A stretch of DNA of 64,000 bases, from the IMG/VR virus record IMGVR_UViG_2932572697_000002, positions 18,354-82,353 of that record, one strand, 5' to 3'. Shown one piece after another: positions 1 through 9,089 of the stretch. The notes under the pieces were generated by a model. It did no database searches. It was not told the DNA's origin and was given only the letters and a program-made list of their open reading frames with translations. The DNA is from a virus. Its lineage: Duplodnaviria > Caudoviricetes. The translations under genes and the position numbers were made by a program. How positions within the stretch are numbered: the stretch's first letter is position 1; the number at the start of each line of letters is the position of its first letter.

Positions 1-69
1 TGCGTCTACCGCGACTGCGGCCGAGACCTCCTCGCCGCATGGCCTGCCGTGCCCGAGGAGACCCGGTGA
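1..69 (+). CDS. 3' end of hypothetical protein (partial)
   Basis: Open frame CVYRDCGRDLLAAWPAVPEETR*; stop overlaps next start (GTGA). Confidence 0.5.
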   Translation, partial: CVYRDCGRDLLAAWPAVPEETR

Positions 70-266
70 CCACCCTCGCCGCCGTACTGGCCGCGCTCAC
101 CGTCGGGTACGGGCTCGGCCGCTGGAAGCCGTGGCGGCGCCTGACCCGCTGGGCGGACTACCGGATGCGGGACGACGGCCGCTGGTGGGCCGCCAACCCG
201 GTGCACGCCGCCCTGTACGTCGCCACCCACCCGCGCAGCTTGCTGAACGCCTACCGCAACCGCTGA
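66..266 (+). CDS. Hypothetical membrane-anchored phage protein
   Basis: GAGGAG RBS, GTG start, N-terminal hydrophobic helix. Confidence 0.65.
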   Translation: MTTLAAVLAALTVGYGLGRWKPWRRLTRWADYRMRDDGRWWAANPVHAALYVATHPRSLLNAYRNR

Positions 267-314
267 CCCCCGCCCCTGCTGCCGGGTGATCCCGGCCCAA
301 CCACGGAGACCCAC

Positions 315-581
315 ATGACCCAGCCCGCCCAGCCCCTGACCCCCGAGATCGTCTCCGCGATCCTCCGCGACCCCGACAGCCCCCTCTACCCCGCCCAGAT
401 CACCGTCTTCTGCGACCACTGCGGGACCGAAGCGACCGCCGACTTCATGGTCAGCGAGGACATGACCCGGGCCGAGCGCCTCGCCGTCGCCCGCAAGCAC
501 CTCGTCGACAACGAGGGCTGGCAGCACGACGAGGAGATCGGCGACGACTTCTGCCCCGAGCACGCCGCTCCCGCCGCCTGA
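315..581 (+). CDS. Hypothetical Zn-binding phage protein
   Basis: GGAG RBS; CDHC...FCPEH; high GC3. Confidence 0.75.
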   Translation: MTQPAQPLTPEIVSAILRDPDSPLYPAQITVFCDHCGTEATADFMVSEDMTRAERLAVARKHLVDNEGWQHDEEIGDDFCPEHAAPAA

Positions 582-645
582 TCCCTGTCTGCTGTGTGGC
601 CGCCCCATCACAGGCGGCCACACCAACCCCCGGAAGGACCACCCC

Positions 646-867
646 ATGCCCACCTCCCAGCAGAACCCCGACGGCACCTGGACCACCGCCGTGCCGATCC
701 CCGTCACCCCGACCCTCGACTTCGAGGTCACCGGCCACGGCCCCTACCGCTGGGACGCCTTCCGTGGCACCCGGCGCCTCGCCTCCGGTGCCGCCCGCAC
801 CCGCCTCGGGCTGACCGTCGCCCTGCTCCGCGCCCGCCGGAAGTACGCCACCGAGGGGGCCCGGTGA
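646..867 (+). CDS. Hypothetical protein
   Basis: GAAGGA RBS; high GC3. Confidence 0.7.
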   Translation: MPTSQQNPDGTWTTAVPIPVTPTLDFEVTGHGPYRWDAFRGTRRLASGAARTRLGLTVALLRARRKYATEGAR

Positions 868-1085
868 CCACCCAGCCCCAGCCCGCCGAGCACGACCCGG
901 TCGAGCCCGACAACCCCACCGCCTACGCCCTCGCCACCCACATCGCCGACCACCCCATCAGCGACATCCAAGCCGCGTTCCGCTACCTCGGATGGGGCCT
1001 CACCATCACCGCCGTGCCGCAGGAGGAGACGACGACCACCCAGCCCACCGAGCTCGACCACCTCCTCGACCGGGCCACCCTGTGA
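864..1085 (+). CDS. Hypothetical protein
   Basis: GTGA coupling with upstream gene. Confidence 0.65.
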   Translation: MTTQPQPAEHDPVEPDNPTAYALATHIADHPISDIQAAFRYLGWGLTITAVPQEETTTTQPTELDHLLDRATL

Positions 1086-1219
1086 CCGGCCCACCCCCCT
1101 GCCTGTGGTCCAGCGCCTGCGACTACGACGACGAGGCGGGGGCCTGCCCCTGCGACGACGAGCAGCCCGAGCCCGAGGGGCGGCCCGTCGTAGACGTCCC
1201 CGTCGGCCACTACCTCTGA
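1082..1219 (+). CDS. Small Cys/acidic hypothetical protein
   Basis: GTGA coupling. Confidence 0.5.
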   Translation: MTGPPPCLWSSACDYDDEAGACPCDDEQPEPEGRPVVDVPVGHYL

Positions 1220-1491
1220 CCCACCGACCAGTCGATCCCACCACCCCCCTCGGAGGAGACAGGCCGGAGCGGAGGAGGCGGTGGTGGGGCGGGCAGCCGG
1301 TCCGCCTGGGCCAGCATCGCCCGCCGCGAACCCACCATCCACCGCAAGGAATACGTCGTCGAATGCACCGGCTGCGGCAGCGTCATCGGCGCCGCCTGCT
1401 ACGGCAAGGGCGGTCAGCGCATGAAGGGCGTCCACAAGGAGCGCGCCGAGCTCTACCAGGAGTGGAAGGCCGACACCGCGAAGGGCACCGC

Positions 1492-1656
1492 ATGATCCGC
1501 CCGCTAACCGTCCGCCTCAACCCGGACACGTCCCGGCTGCTCCGCCTGTACCGCGGCCAAGCCCCGGCCACCGTCCTCGGGCGGGCCATGCGGCTCCTCG
1601 CCCAAGCCGACGGGCACCTCGACCCCGCGGGCAACGTCAAGCAGCAGCGGCCATGA
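1492..1656 (+). CDS. Small hypothetical protein, possibly ribbon-helix-helix-like
   Basis: ATGA overlap; MIRPLTVRLNPDTSRLL pattern. Confidence 0.5.
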   Translation: MIRPLTVRLNPDTSRLLRLYRGQAPATVLGRAMRLLAQADGHLDPAGNVKQQRP

Positions 1657-1777
1657 GTCAGCCGTCCACCACACCCCGGACCGTCCTCCAGCCCGGCGGT
1701 GAACAGCACGTCCCCGACGAACAACCCCAACCGCGGGCCAACCGGGCCACGCGGCGAGCAGCACGGAAGAGGAACCG

Positions 1778-2488
1778 ATGAGCGAACCCAAGGCCGCGCA
1801 GTTCGTTTGCGAGCACGCGTATGGGACCCGAATCCTCGGCGGCCACCCCATCGCGGTACGAATCTGCGCACTGTGTCACCGTCCGGACTGGGATGACCTG
1901 TACCGGGAGGCCGAGGCCCTGTTCCGGTGGGGCTGGCAAGAAGCGGCGGCAGGTAAGCCGCCACGGGAAAAGCTCAGCTCATACGACCGGCCGAAGGAGG
2001 GGGGCCGCCAACTCCTTGCGTGCAGCCTGGCGCACTGCCGTCAGGCCCACCCGCCGCACTCCTGGGAGCCGCAGCCCGGCATGGACCCCGTCCACTGCGG
2101 GGGGTCCAGTGGCGACCCGGCCAGCATCTGGAGCCCCCAGCCGTGCGGCAGGACCGTCCCGCACCCGGGCCACAAGTTCATGCGCGGCCGGGCAGCCCAC
2201 CAGTGCCCGGGAGTTGAACAGCAGACCGACCTCGCCGCGGACATCGAGTGCGCGATCGGCCTCAACACCGGTGGTGGCGGCGCCGACGGGGTCCACGCCG
2301 CCCGGGACGCTGTTCTCGCCGTCCGGGACCAGGAACTGGAGCAGCTCCGTGCACGCCTCAACCGGGTGCAGGCCATAGCCGATCGGCTCGCCGCGCAAGG
2401 CCGGCTCGGTGTCGACCTCGAAGCGGACAGCATCCGGCGAGGCATCGCCCAGCAGCTGCATCACGCGCTCGGTACGCACCACAAGTGA
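1778..2488 (+). CDS. Hypothetical protein with Cys/His mini-repeats
   Basis: GAGGA RBS; C-x-H-x2-H...C-P/G motifs. Confidence 0.7.
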   Translation: MSEPKAAQFVCEHAYGTRILGGHPIAVRICALCHRPDWDDLYREAEALFRWGWQEAAAGKPPREKLSSYDRPKEGGRQLLACSLAHCRQAHPPHSWEPQPGMDPVHCGGSSGDPASIWSPQPCGRTVPHPGHKFMRGRAAHQCPGVEQQTDLAADIECAIGLNTGGGGADGVHAARDAVLAVRDQELEQLRARLNRVQAIADRLAAQGRLGVDLEADSIRRGIAQQLHHALGTHHK

Positions 2489-2500
2489 CCCCAGACGTGC

Positions 2501-2531
2501 CGCGGCCCCCACCCAGACGGGTAGGGGCCGC
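2501..2531. terminator. Hairpin between convergent genes
   Basis: GCGGCCCC...GGGGCCGC inverted repeat. Confidence 0.55.
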
Positions 2532-2550
2532 TTCGCTGCGTAAGGACGGG

Positions 2551-3465
2551 TCAGCGTCGGAGGACGTTGACGCGGTCGCCTCCCAGGATCGGCGCATCCT
2601 CGCAGCCAGCCGGGACGACCAGGTACGGGCCGCGCCAAATTTTCCGGTGCTCCCCGGCCGAGGGGTAGTACTGGTTGGCCCGGTGCGGGCGCACGAACCA
2701 CCGGTGCTTGTAGATCTTCCCCGCGTGCCCAGAGCCCGCGTTGCTGTCGTTGGTGGGCCGTAGGCTCTGCCGCAGCGTCACGTACCGCACCGTGCGCGTC
2801 GGATCCCCACCACCGCGGGCAATGTGCTTTTGCGCGGACCTGGGGGCCGGAACCTCCTCGATGTCATGCAGCGCCTTCCGCGCGTCGGCCGGCTGCCGGA
2901 TCAGCAACCAGGTCGCGAGGAGTGTCCGGGCCACCTGGTGAGAGTCCTCCGCATCCTCCAGCACCACCCAGGGCCGTTCCCGGCCGTCAGCGCGCAGCGT
3001 CGTCTCCCACAGCTGCGACAGGTCCGGGGCGGTCCGCCCCCACACCGCCGCGTGCGCCGCCCTACCTCCGGGTGTTGTGGTCGGGACGTGGTCGTACAGG
3101 GTGACCTCAATACGGTCCGCGACCGCCGTCCACGTCACCGCACAAGGCTGCCCCGTCACCCCGACCACCCGGAACGACTCCGGGCGCTTCCCCCACACCA
3201 GCAGCCCCTGATCGGACGGCAGATCCTCGCTCGTCACCGCGTAGGTGTCCAGACCCCGCCCGATGGTGACGGCCAGGTCAGTCATGTCGTCGTTCACGAA
3301 GTACAGCTCGGCGGCAGCGACGGTCGCCCGGTGCCGGCGCGCCACCGCGGCGGCTTCCGCGGCGCTGGTCGGGATGTGTGCGGCGAACCGGGCGACGGAC
3401 TCCCCACCCTCGTACCAGGACACCAAGTCCTGGCGGAGACCGGGGAGCATCCGGGGAGTGATCAC
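2551..3465 (-). CDS. Conserved phage hypothetical protein
   Basis: 304 aa, GTGA coupled; C-terminal HRWFVRPH..QYYPS..HRKIW..PY motif. Confidence 0.75.
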   Translation of the reverse strand: MITPRMLPGLRQDLVSWYEGGESVARFAAHIPTSAAEAAAVARRHRATVAAAELYFVNDDMTDLAVTIGRGLDTYAVTSEDLPSDQGLLVWGKRPESFRVVGVTGQPCAVTWTAVADRIEVTLYDHVPTTTPGGRAAHAAVWGRTAPDLSQLWETTLRADGRERPWVVLEDAEDSHQVARTLLATWLLIRQPADARKALHDIEEVPAPRSAQKHIARGGGDPTRTVRYVTLRQSLRPTNDSNAGSGHAGKIYKHRWFVRPHRANQYYPSAGEHRKIWRGPYLVVPAGCEDAPILGGDRVNVLRR

Positions 3466-4037
3466 AGGGCGTTTCCGGCGGTGACGTCGCTCCGAGTGCC
3501 CTGCCCGGGACGGGAGGCCAGGGCGGCCCGCACCTCACCGGCCCGGAAGTACGAGCGGGTGCGCCCCGATTCCGGGTCCGGCCCGTGGTAGAACGCCTTC
3601 ACTCCCAGGCGGGACATGGCCATGGACGCCGCCTTCGCCGGCTCCTTCGCCGTGGACTTCAGCTCGTCACGGGCAATGTCCTCCAGCGTCAGCGGGTCGT
3701 GCGCCTGGATGATGGGCTCCAGGTCGATGCCCTCCAGGCAGGCGGCGATGTCCAGGGCCCCGTCCTCGTCGACCGGGTACCCGTCGAAGTCGCCGGGCTC
3801 GGGCTGCCACGGGCCGATGAACTCGGTCCCGCACAGCGACACATCCGGCGGCAGCGCCTTCTCGATCTCCGCCCGGTAGGCGGCGACCATCTCCGCGAAC
3901 GCCCCGGACTTCTCCAGCAGCTCCCGCCAGTCGGCGTCTCCGCCGTTGATGTAGTCCAGGACGTCGGCGTCGGGGCCGGTGGAGTAGGTGCTGATCTGGT
4001 TGGTCCAGGTGCCGTAGCTGGTCGTGGTGGTCGTCAT
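3462..4037 (-). CDS. Hypothetical protein with C-terminal HTH-like region and RPGQGTRSD motif
   Basis: AAGGAG RBS; high GC3. Confidence 0.75.
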   Translation of the reverse strand: MTTTTTSYGTWTNQISTYSTGPDADVLDYINGGDADWRELLEKSGAFAEMVAAYRAEIEKALPPDVSLCGTEFIGPWQPEPGDFDGYPVDEDGALDIAACLEGIDLEPIIQAHDPLTLEDIARDELKSTAKEPAKAASMAMSRLGVKAFYHGPDPESGRTRSYFRAGEVRAALASRPGQGTRSDVTAGNAL

Positions 4038-4078
4038 GGCAGGCTCCTTCAGGCTGGCGGGACGGCTGGTGGGGTGGT

Positions 4079-4612
4079 TCAGAGGGCGGCGATGGCGGTG
4101 CGGACGCCGGAGAAGATGCGGGCGACGAGGTTCACGTGGTCGCGCTCACCGTTGAGGTAGCGGATCTCGTAGGAGTCCGCACCGTGGTGCTGTACGTGGA
4201 GGAGACCGTCGGCGACGTCGAAGTACACCTTGCTGACAGCTCCGAGGAGGCCGCCGACCCGGCCGTTCGCGATGCCCCGGCCGCCGAGGGTGGCCCCGCA
4301 CACGTTGCCGCTGCGGTAGTAGTCGACGTCGATGCCCGCATACTGCGCCCAGTCGTTGATGTAGAAGCGGTGGTGGTTGCCGCGGATCCACTCGTTGCCG
4401 CCGATGGCCTTGATGTTGTCGGCGGTGAGGACGATCCTCTGGGCCTTGCGGGCGAGGCGGCGGGCGCCGATCTCGATGCGGCGGGCGAGGGAGGCGGTGT
4501 CGATGATCCAGCGGCCGGCGGTCTTGGTGGCGGCGATGACACCGCGGCGTGCCCAGCCGCGGATGGTGCCGCGGGTGACCTTCGCGGTCTGGGCTGCTTC
4601 GGTGGTGTTCAT
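4079..4612 (-). CDS. MerR/excisionase-like HTH protein with C-terminal domain
   Basis: MNTTEAAQTAKVTRGTIRGWARRGVIAATKTAGRWII; AAGGAG RBS. Confidence 0.8.
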   Translation of the reverse strand: MNTTEAAQTAKVTRGTIRGWARRGVIAATKTAGRWIIDTASLARRIEIGARRLARKAQRIVLTADNIKAIGGNEWIRGNHHRFYINDWAQYAGIDVDYYRSGNVCGATLGGRGIANGRVGGLLGAVSKVYFDVADGLLHVQHHGADSYEIRYLNGERDHVNLVARIFSGVRTAIAAL

Positions 4613-4644
4613 CGTGGGCTCCTTCGTCCTCTTCGGTAAACACC

Positions 4645-4674
4645 ACTTTGCTGTACGTACAACAAGGTTGTCAA
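4645..4674 (-). promoter_or_regulatory. Putative housekeeping-sigma promoter with TGTACGTACA palindrome in spacer
   Basis: TTGACA-N18-CAAAGT on minus strand. Confidence 0.45.
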
Positions 4675-4773
4675 GGGGTGTCACCCAGAAGAGTGAGAAC
4701 CCATCAAAAACCCCAGCTCACAACCGCCACCCTGCCAAGCTCGCCCCGCCCACACCCCGATCAGGAGGACCTT

Positions 4774-5022
4774 GTGACCCCCTACGCCGAACTCGCTCAA
4801 CACCTCGACACCCTCCTCGCCAACGACCCCACCCCACAAGCCGCCGCCCACCGCACCACCATCACCACCTGCACCCAACTCCTCGACATGGGCCACCCCG
4901 AAGACGACCCCACCATCGCGAAGTACCGGGAAGGGATCCTCGGCGGCATCCTCACACCCATCGCCACCCTCTACGCCCACACACCCGGATTCCCCACCGC
5001 ATGGCGTGACGGGGAGCTGTGA
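4774..5022 (+). CDS. Hypothetical protein
   Basis: AGGAGG RBS, GTG start. Confidence 0.7.
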   Translation: MTPYAELAQHLDTLLANDPTPQAAAHRTTITTCTQLLDMGHPEDDPTIAKYREGILGGILTPIATLYAHTPGFPTAWRDGEL

Positions 5023-5029
5023 GGCGTCC

Positions 5030-6097
5030 TCAGAACTGCATCACCGGGTGACACGCCGCGCAGGGACTCGGTCTGAGCTCCCCAGCGTTGTCCGGCTTCG
5101 GCCGGCACCGGGTCACCTCGTCGCACACCCCGCAGTGCTTCCACTTCTCCCAGCCCTCCGGCCGCACCCCAGCCGCAGCCTCCGCCTCAATGCGCCCCCA
5201 CGGGTCCTGGTACGGCCTGTGCGAGGCTCCGGGGCGGGCAAGGTCCATCCACCCGCTCACGATGGCGTCCGTGCCCTCCAGGGGGCGGCGAGCAGCCTTG
5301 CGGAACGCCTGGAGGTCCGGCAGCTCCTCCGGCTTCAACCGGTGCCCGTACAAGGCCGCGGCGTTCCGGGCGTTCGGGTCCCCCTTCAAGTCCAGGTACT
5401 CCTTCAGCTCCTGCTCCGTCCAGCCGGCCCGCAAAGCCGCAGCAGCGAGACGGCGGATCGTTGCAGCCTGGCTGGGCTTCGGCGCCTTGCCGCGGTAGTC
5501 CAGCGACGCGGCCAGCGCTTCGGCTGCCTGATCTTCGAAGGGAGAATCACCTCCCCCTCCTCCCTGCCCAGCCGGCTCATCACCCGCAGACGGCAACGGA
5601 CCGGAGGAGGAGGGAGAGCTTGTAAGAGAACCAAGAGAACTAGGAGATGGGGGAGTAGCCACCGCTACCCCTATGGGTAGCCCCTGCTCTCCATAAGGGG
5701 AGCCCTGGCTCTCCCTAGGGGTAGCCCCTGCTCCCCCTTCGGGCATAGGGGTAGCCCTGGCTACCCCTTCGAAGTCGGGCACCCGGAACGTCATCGCCTT
5801 ACCCGGCACCGCGTACATCGGCTTGCCGTGCTTGTCCTGGCCGATCGGGATACGGAACTCCCAGCCGGCCGCCGACAACCGCTTGATCGCATTCCGGACC
5901 ACGTTCGCGTCCTTCGCCCCGGTCCACTCGACCAGCTCCGCCAACCGCACCTTGCTGCGACGCCCCTTGTCCGGGTCATACCGCCAGTTGTCGTCGTACC
6001 TGGCGTCATCCGCGATCTCCAGGGCGACCGCCCGCTGCAAGCCGGTGATGTCCGGCCCCAGTGCGACACGCAACTGGCGGCGCAACTCGCTACTCAT
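5030..6097 (-). CDS. Putative replication initiator / replisome organiser
   Basis: N-terminal wHTH-like region, low-complexity linker carrying iterons, C-terminal CxxC..CxxCHP; GGAGG RBS. Confidence 0.7.
   Translation of the reverse strand: MSSELRRQLRVALGPDITGLQRAVALEIADDARYDDNWRYDPDKGRRSKVRLAELVEWTGAKDANVVRNAIKRLSAAGWEFRIPIGQDKHGKPMYAVPGKAMTFRVPDFEGVARATPMPEGGAGATPRESQGSPYGEQGLPIGVAVATPPSPSSLGSLTSSPSSSGPLPSAGDEPAGQGGGGGDSPFEDQAAEALAASLDYRGKAPKPSQAATIRRLAAAALRAGWTEQELKEYLDLKGDPNARNAAALYGHRLKPEELPDLQAFRKAARRPLEGTDAIVSGWMDLARPGASHRPYQDPWGRIEAEAAAGVRPEGWEKWKHCGVCDEVTRCRPKPDNAGELRPSPCAACHPVMQF
5650..5768. repeat. Five palindromic iterons (consensus RGGGTAGCC-N3-GCTACCCCY), putative origin
   Basis: Copies at about 5650, 5672, 5696, 5717, 5747 inside rep. 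Confidence 0.75.
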
Positions 6098-6222
6098 CCA
6101 CAACCTCCACCGCACCGGCCAACGCCGAACAGCACAAAACTCCTGAGGGAACGCGGGACCCGCCCGCCGATCTGGAAACGGCCGGGCAGCAGACGCCGCC
6201 CGGCCGTGAAAGAACCGCTACG

Positions 6223-6735
6223 TCAGCGGGAGGCCCGCCACTCCGCCCGCGCAACCTCCAGGCGACCCTGCATCGCCACCAGGTGCTCCAGCCGCTCCCG
6301 CAGAGTGCCGATCACCGTCGCCAGGCCGTCGGGGTCCAGGCCCTCGATCCACTCGTCCTGCACCACCTCGACCGACACGTGCGGGGCCCGCAACGCGATC
6401 GACTCGGCGAACGGCAGCATGTTCAGCGTCGCCGACAGGACACGCATGTTCTCCGGGGTGCCGTTCGAATTGATCGGCAAGCACACGTCGTCGGCGTCGA
6501 TCTGGCACCAGATGTCATCCGGATCCGACGGGGTCGACGCGTCCAAGCTGTGGTCGACGTCGCAGCCGCGCATGCAGGTCACGTCCAGGCGGCGGCCCGT
6601 GTGACGGTCCACGAACGACCAACGGCGCGGATCCGAGACCGGGGCGGGAGCGGTGGTCGGGGCCGGCGGCTGCGGCGGAACCGGGGCCGACAGCACCGGG
6701 GAGACGAGGGCAGGGGAAGGCGCTACGATGTCCAT
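6223..6735 (-). CDS. DUF6907-like actinobacterial hypothetical protein
   Basis: TCMRGCDVDHS...DDIWC motif; AAGGAG RBS. Confidence 0.65.
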   Translation of the reverse strand: MDIVAPSPALVSPVLSAPVPPQPPAPTTAPAPVSDPRRWSFVDRHTGRRLDVTCMRGCDVDHSLDASTPSDPDDIWCQIDADDVCLPINSNGTPENMRVLSATLNMLPFAESIALRAPHVSVEVVQDEWIEGLDPDGLATVIGTLRERLEHLVAMQGRLEVARAEWRASR

Positions 6736-6768
6736 CGAGGACTCCTTTGAAGACGGTGGGACTCGTGG

Positions 6769-6824
6769 CCAGCGGCTCCAACCGCTGGTGAAAACAGGCC
6801 GGGCGCTCCAACGCCCGGCTTTTT
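6769..6824. promoter_or_regulatory. Twin hairpins with identical CTCCAA loops; second is terminator-like
   Basis: CCAGCGG-CTCCAA-CCGCTGG and GCCGGGCG-CTCCAA-CGCCCGGC-TTTTT. Confidence 0.6.
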
Positions 6825-6849
6825 CATGCCCAGATGCGCGCTCAGAGAG

Positions 6850-7467
6850 CTATTCGGTCTGCTTCGCCAGCTCGCCGACGAGGGCCTGCGTCAGGGACGT
6901 CAGATGGGCCAGGGAGAGACGGGAGGCGATGATCTTTGCCGCCTGCACCGGTGAGCCGGCGGGGATCTGGATTGTGGCGGTCGCTTCCGGAGGCAGGACG
7001 AATACCCCCGATCCGGGTCGAGCCTCGGTCAGCCCCTCCTTGGCCAGCGCTGCCAGAGCCAGGCGGGCCGTTCCGCGCGCAACGCCGTAGTGGGTCATCA
7101 GCGCAACCTCAGTGGGAAGCCGACTGCCGGGCTTGAAACGGCCGCTGCTGATTGAGGTCCGCAGGTCGGCAGCAATCTGACCGTTGCGCACTGGCCCCCG
7201 CTGGGCTGGCAGTGGCGGAAGTTCGGCGACGGTGTCGCTCACGTTATGGGCGGGCTTCTCGATTCCGATGGCTTCGACTTCGGCTGCTCGCGCCTCCTGG
7301 TAGCTGTCGAACCAGACAACCTCCTTGTCCGTTACTTCAGACCACCAGGGCTTAGAGCCGTGGGTCTTGAACCGGCGCGCGGGATTCTCGGAGATGCCGA
7401 CGTAGAGCAGCAGCCGGTTGTTATCGAAGAGACGGTAGAGCGCTGTGCGCTTGGGTGATGCGGGCAT
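6850..7467 (-). CDS. GIY-YIG nuclease fused to GntR-type winged HTH
   Basis: ALYRLF..LLYVGIS..PARRF..H..E..AI..EKPAHN then QIAADLR..I..G..PGSRLPTE..L..YGVARGTARLAL..L..EGL..PGSGVFV. Confidence 0.85.
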   Translation of the reverse strand: MPASPKRTALYRLFDNNRLLLYVGISENPARRFKTHGSKPWWSEVTDKEVVWFDSYQEARAAEVEAIGIEKPAHNVSDTVAELPPLPAQRGPVRNGQIAADLRTSISSGRFKPGSRLPTEVALMTHYGVARGTARLALAALAKEGLTEARPGSGVFVLPPEATATIQIPAGSPVQAAKIIASRLSLAHLTSLTQALVGELAKQTE

Positions 7468-7562
7468 AGAGGTTCCCTCCGTTGCCGTGGAGTGCGGCTA
7501 CCAGAAGAACCGTATCGGTATTTGTGAATGGTTGCTAGTGGATCTAATGAGAAGAACGAGAA

Positions 7563-7593
7563 GGCGCCCCAGCTCGCGAGGAGTTGGGGCGCC
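7563..7593. terminator. Hairpin downstream of GntR gene
   Basis: GGCGCCCCAGCTC...GAGTTGGGGCGCC. Confidence 0.55.
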
Positions 7594-7604
7594 ATGCATG
7601 CAGG

Positions 7605-8381
7605 TCAGAAGTCGTATCGCAGCGAGTAGAGGTGGCCCGCTTTCGCCATGATCGTCACCTCGATCACCCGGTCGTCAGTACTGTGAACCACCCGGAACGT
7701 CCGGAGGATCGCCACCTGGCGAGGCAGCCGCAGCGCCTCGTACTCCTCGTTCGTGGCCTCCTCGGCTGTCACATGGTCCACGGTGCGCAGCGGTGGATAC
7801 CCGAGGCCGGCGAGGAGGGTCGGGCTTCCGCCTTTGATCTTCGTCTTCTCCGTCAGCGCGGTACCCGACGCCAACTCCAGCGGGTAGTACGAGTGCACGA
7901 GCTCGCAGGGCTCACCCTGGAGCGACAGGAGCTGCTTACGCAGGACCGCTCTCCCTTGTGGCTCCAGGTCCATGGCTGCCGTGACGTCGGCCGGAGGCGT
8001 CGTCTCGGCCACGTCTAGGAGGCGGATGCTGGGGCGTCGGCCGTTCCTCTCGGCCTCGCTCAGCCACCGGTACGGCTGCCCATCCTCGGCAGGCTTCGAG
8101 TAGGCCGCCGGTGTCATCGTCTGGCGGCGCGCCTCCAAGGCCATAACCGAGGAGCCAGCGCGACCTTCCAGCAGCCCCTCGCCCTTGAGCATCGTGATGG
8201 CCTTCTGGATGCTGGCGCTGGACGCGCCGAATCGCTCCTTCAGCTGCTCAGTGCTGGGGATCGCCTTGCCTGCCGGTAGGTCGCCAACGAGAATCGCTCG
8301 CCGAAGGTCGGTCGCGATTCGCTCGTGAAGGGGCCTGGGGTCTGCCGCGTCGCTCGGGGTGCGGTTCTTGGCTGCTGGCAT
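7605..8381 (-). CDS. GntR/HutC-family regulator (wHTH + UTRA), KorA/TraR/KorSA-like
   Basis: PLHERIATDLRRAILVGDLPAGKAIPS..; UTRA ELVHSYYP..IKGG. Confidence 0.9.
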   Translation of the reverse strand: MPAAKNRTPSDAADPRPLHERIATDLRRAILVGDLPAGKAIPSTEQLKERFGASSASIQKAITMLKGEGLLEGRAGSSVMALEARRQTMTPAAYSKPAEDGQPYRWLSEAERNGRRPSIRLLDVAETTPPADVTAAMDLEPQGRAVLRKQLLSLQGEPCELVHSYYPLELASGTALTEKTKIKGGSPTLLAGLGYPPLRTVDHVTAEEATNEEYEALRLPRQVAILRTFRVVHSTDDRVIEVTIMAKAGHLYSLRYDF

Positions 8382-8382
8382 C

Positions 8383-8928
8383 TCAGTGCACCTTCATTTC
8401 GTATCGGAGTCTCCGGAGCTTGGCGGGGGCCACCATCACGTCGGCCTGGACCGGCCGACCTGCCTCGTCCAGCGAGAGTCGCTCAACGACCACGACAGGC
8501 TCGTGGTCGGTGAGCTGGAGCTGCTGCTGCTCGATCTGTGAGGCGGGGCGCGCTGTGACGTCTTCGATGACGCGGGCGGCGATGTGGCCCAGCTCGGCAA
8601 GCAACGTGACGGCGCCCCCCTTGATCTTTCTTGGCTCGGCGAGCGGGGTGCCCTCTGCGATGTCGCGCGGGTAGTACGTGTCGGCGAGCTCAACCGGCGC
8701 GTCGTCGGCGTAGATAGTGCGCCCGCGAACGACCGCCGTCTCGCCGGCCGCCAGTCCCAAAGCGTTCGCCACGGCCGGGGGCGGAACCGTCTCGCCGGTG
8801 CGGGTGAGCGCCTGGCTGCCCCTCGCGGACCGACGGTTGGCCTCTTCCGTCCAGGCGTCTGCTGCTCCTGGGGGGCGGGGCTTGGTGTAGTCCGCCGATG
8901 TGCTGACCCACTCGTTTTCGCTGGCCAC
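8383..8928 (-). CDS. Stand-alone UTRA-domain protein (no HTH)
   Basis: PVELADTYYP..IAEGTPLAEPRKIKGG; paralogous to C-terminus of 7605..8381. Confidence 0.85.
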   Translation of the reverse strand: MASENEWVSTSADYTKPRPPGAADAWTEEANRRSARGSQALTRTGETVPPPAVANALGLAAGETAVVRGRTIYADDAPVELADTYYPRDIAEGTPLAEPRKIKGGAVTLLAELGHIAARVIEDVTARPASQIEQQQLQLTDHEPVVVVERLSLDEAGRPVQADVMVAPAKLRRLRYEMKVH

Positions 8929-9089
8929 TGGCCTCTCCGTCTCCTTCTCCGTAGTCCGAACCTAGCTGGTTATCACGATAAGCGGGCAGGCCGGGCATCC
9001 GGATGACGCGAGAAGCTTGCTGCCTTTTAGAAATAGCGATACGGTTGCGAAGTCAGCCCGACACCAACCTCGGATTGGAGGACTTCGCG

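Noticed and set aside
1-10. TGCGTCTACC also present at about 57600 as a possible terminal/att repeat
   Set aside because: Only 10 bp, at an arbitrary window edge inside a CDS; expected by chance
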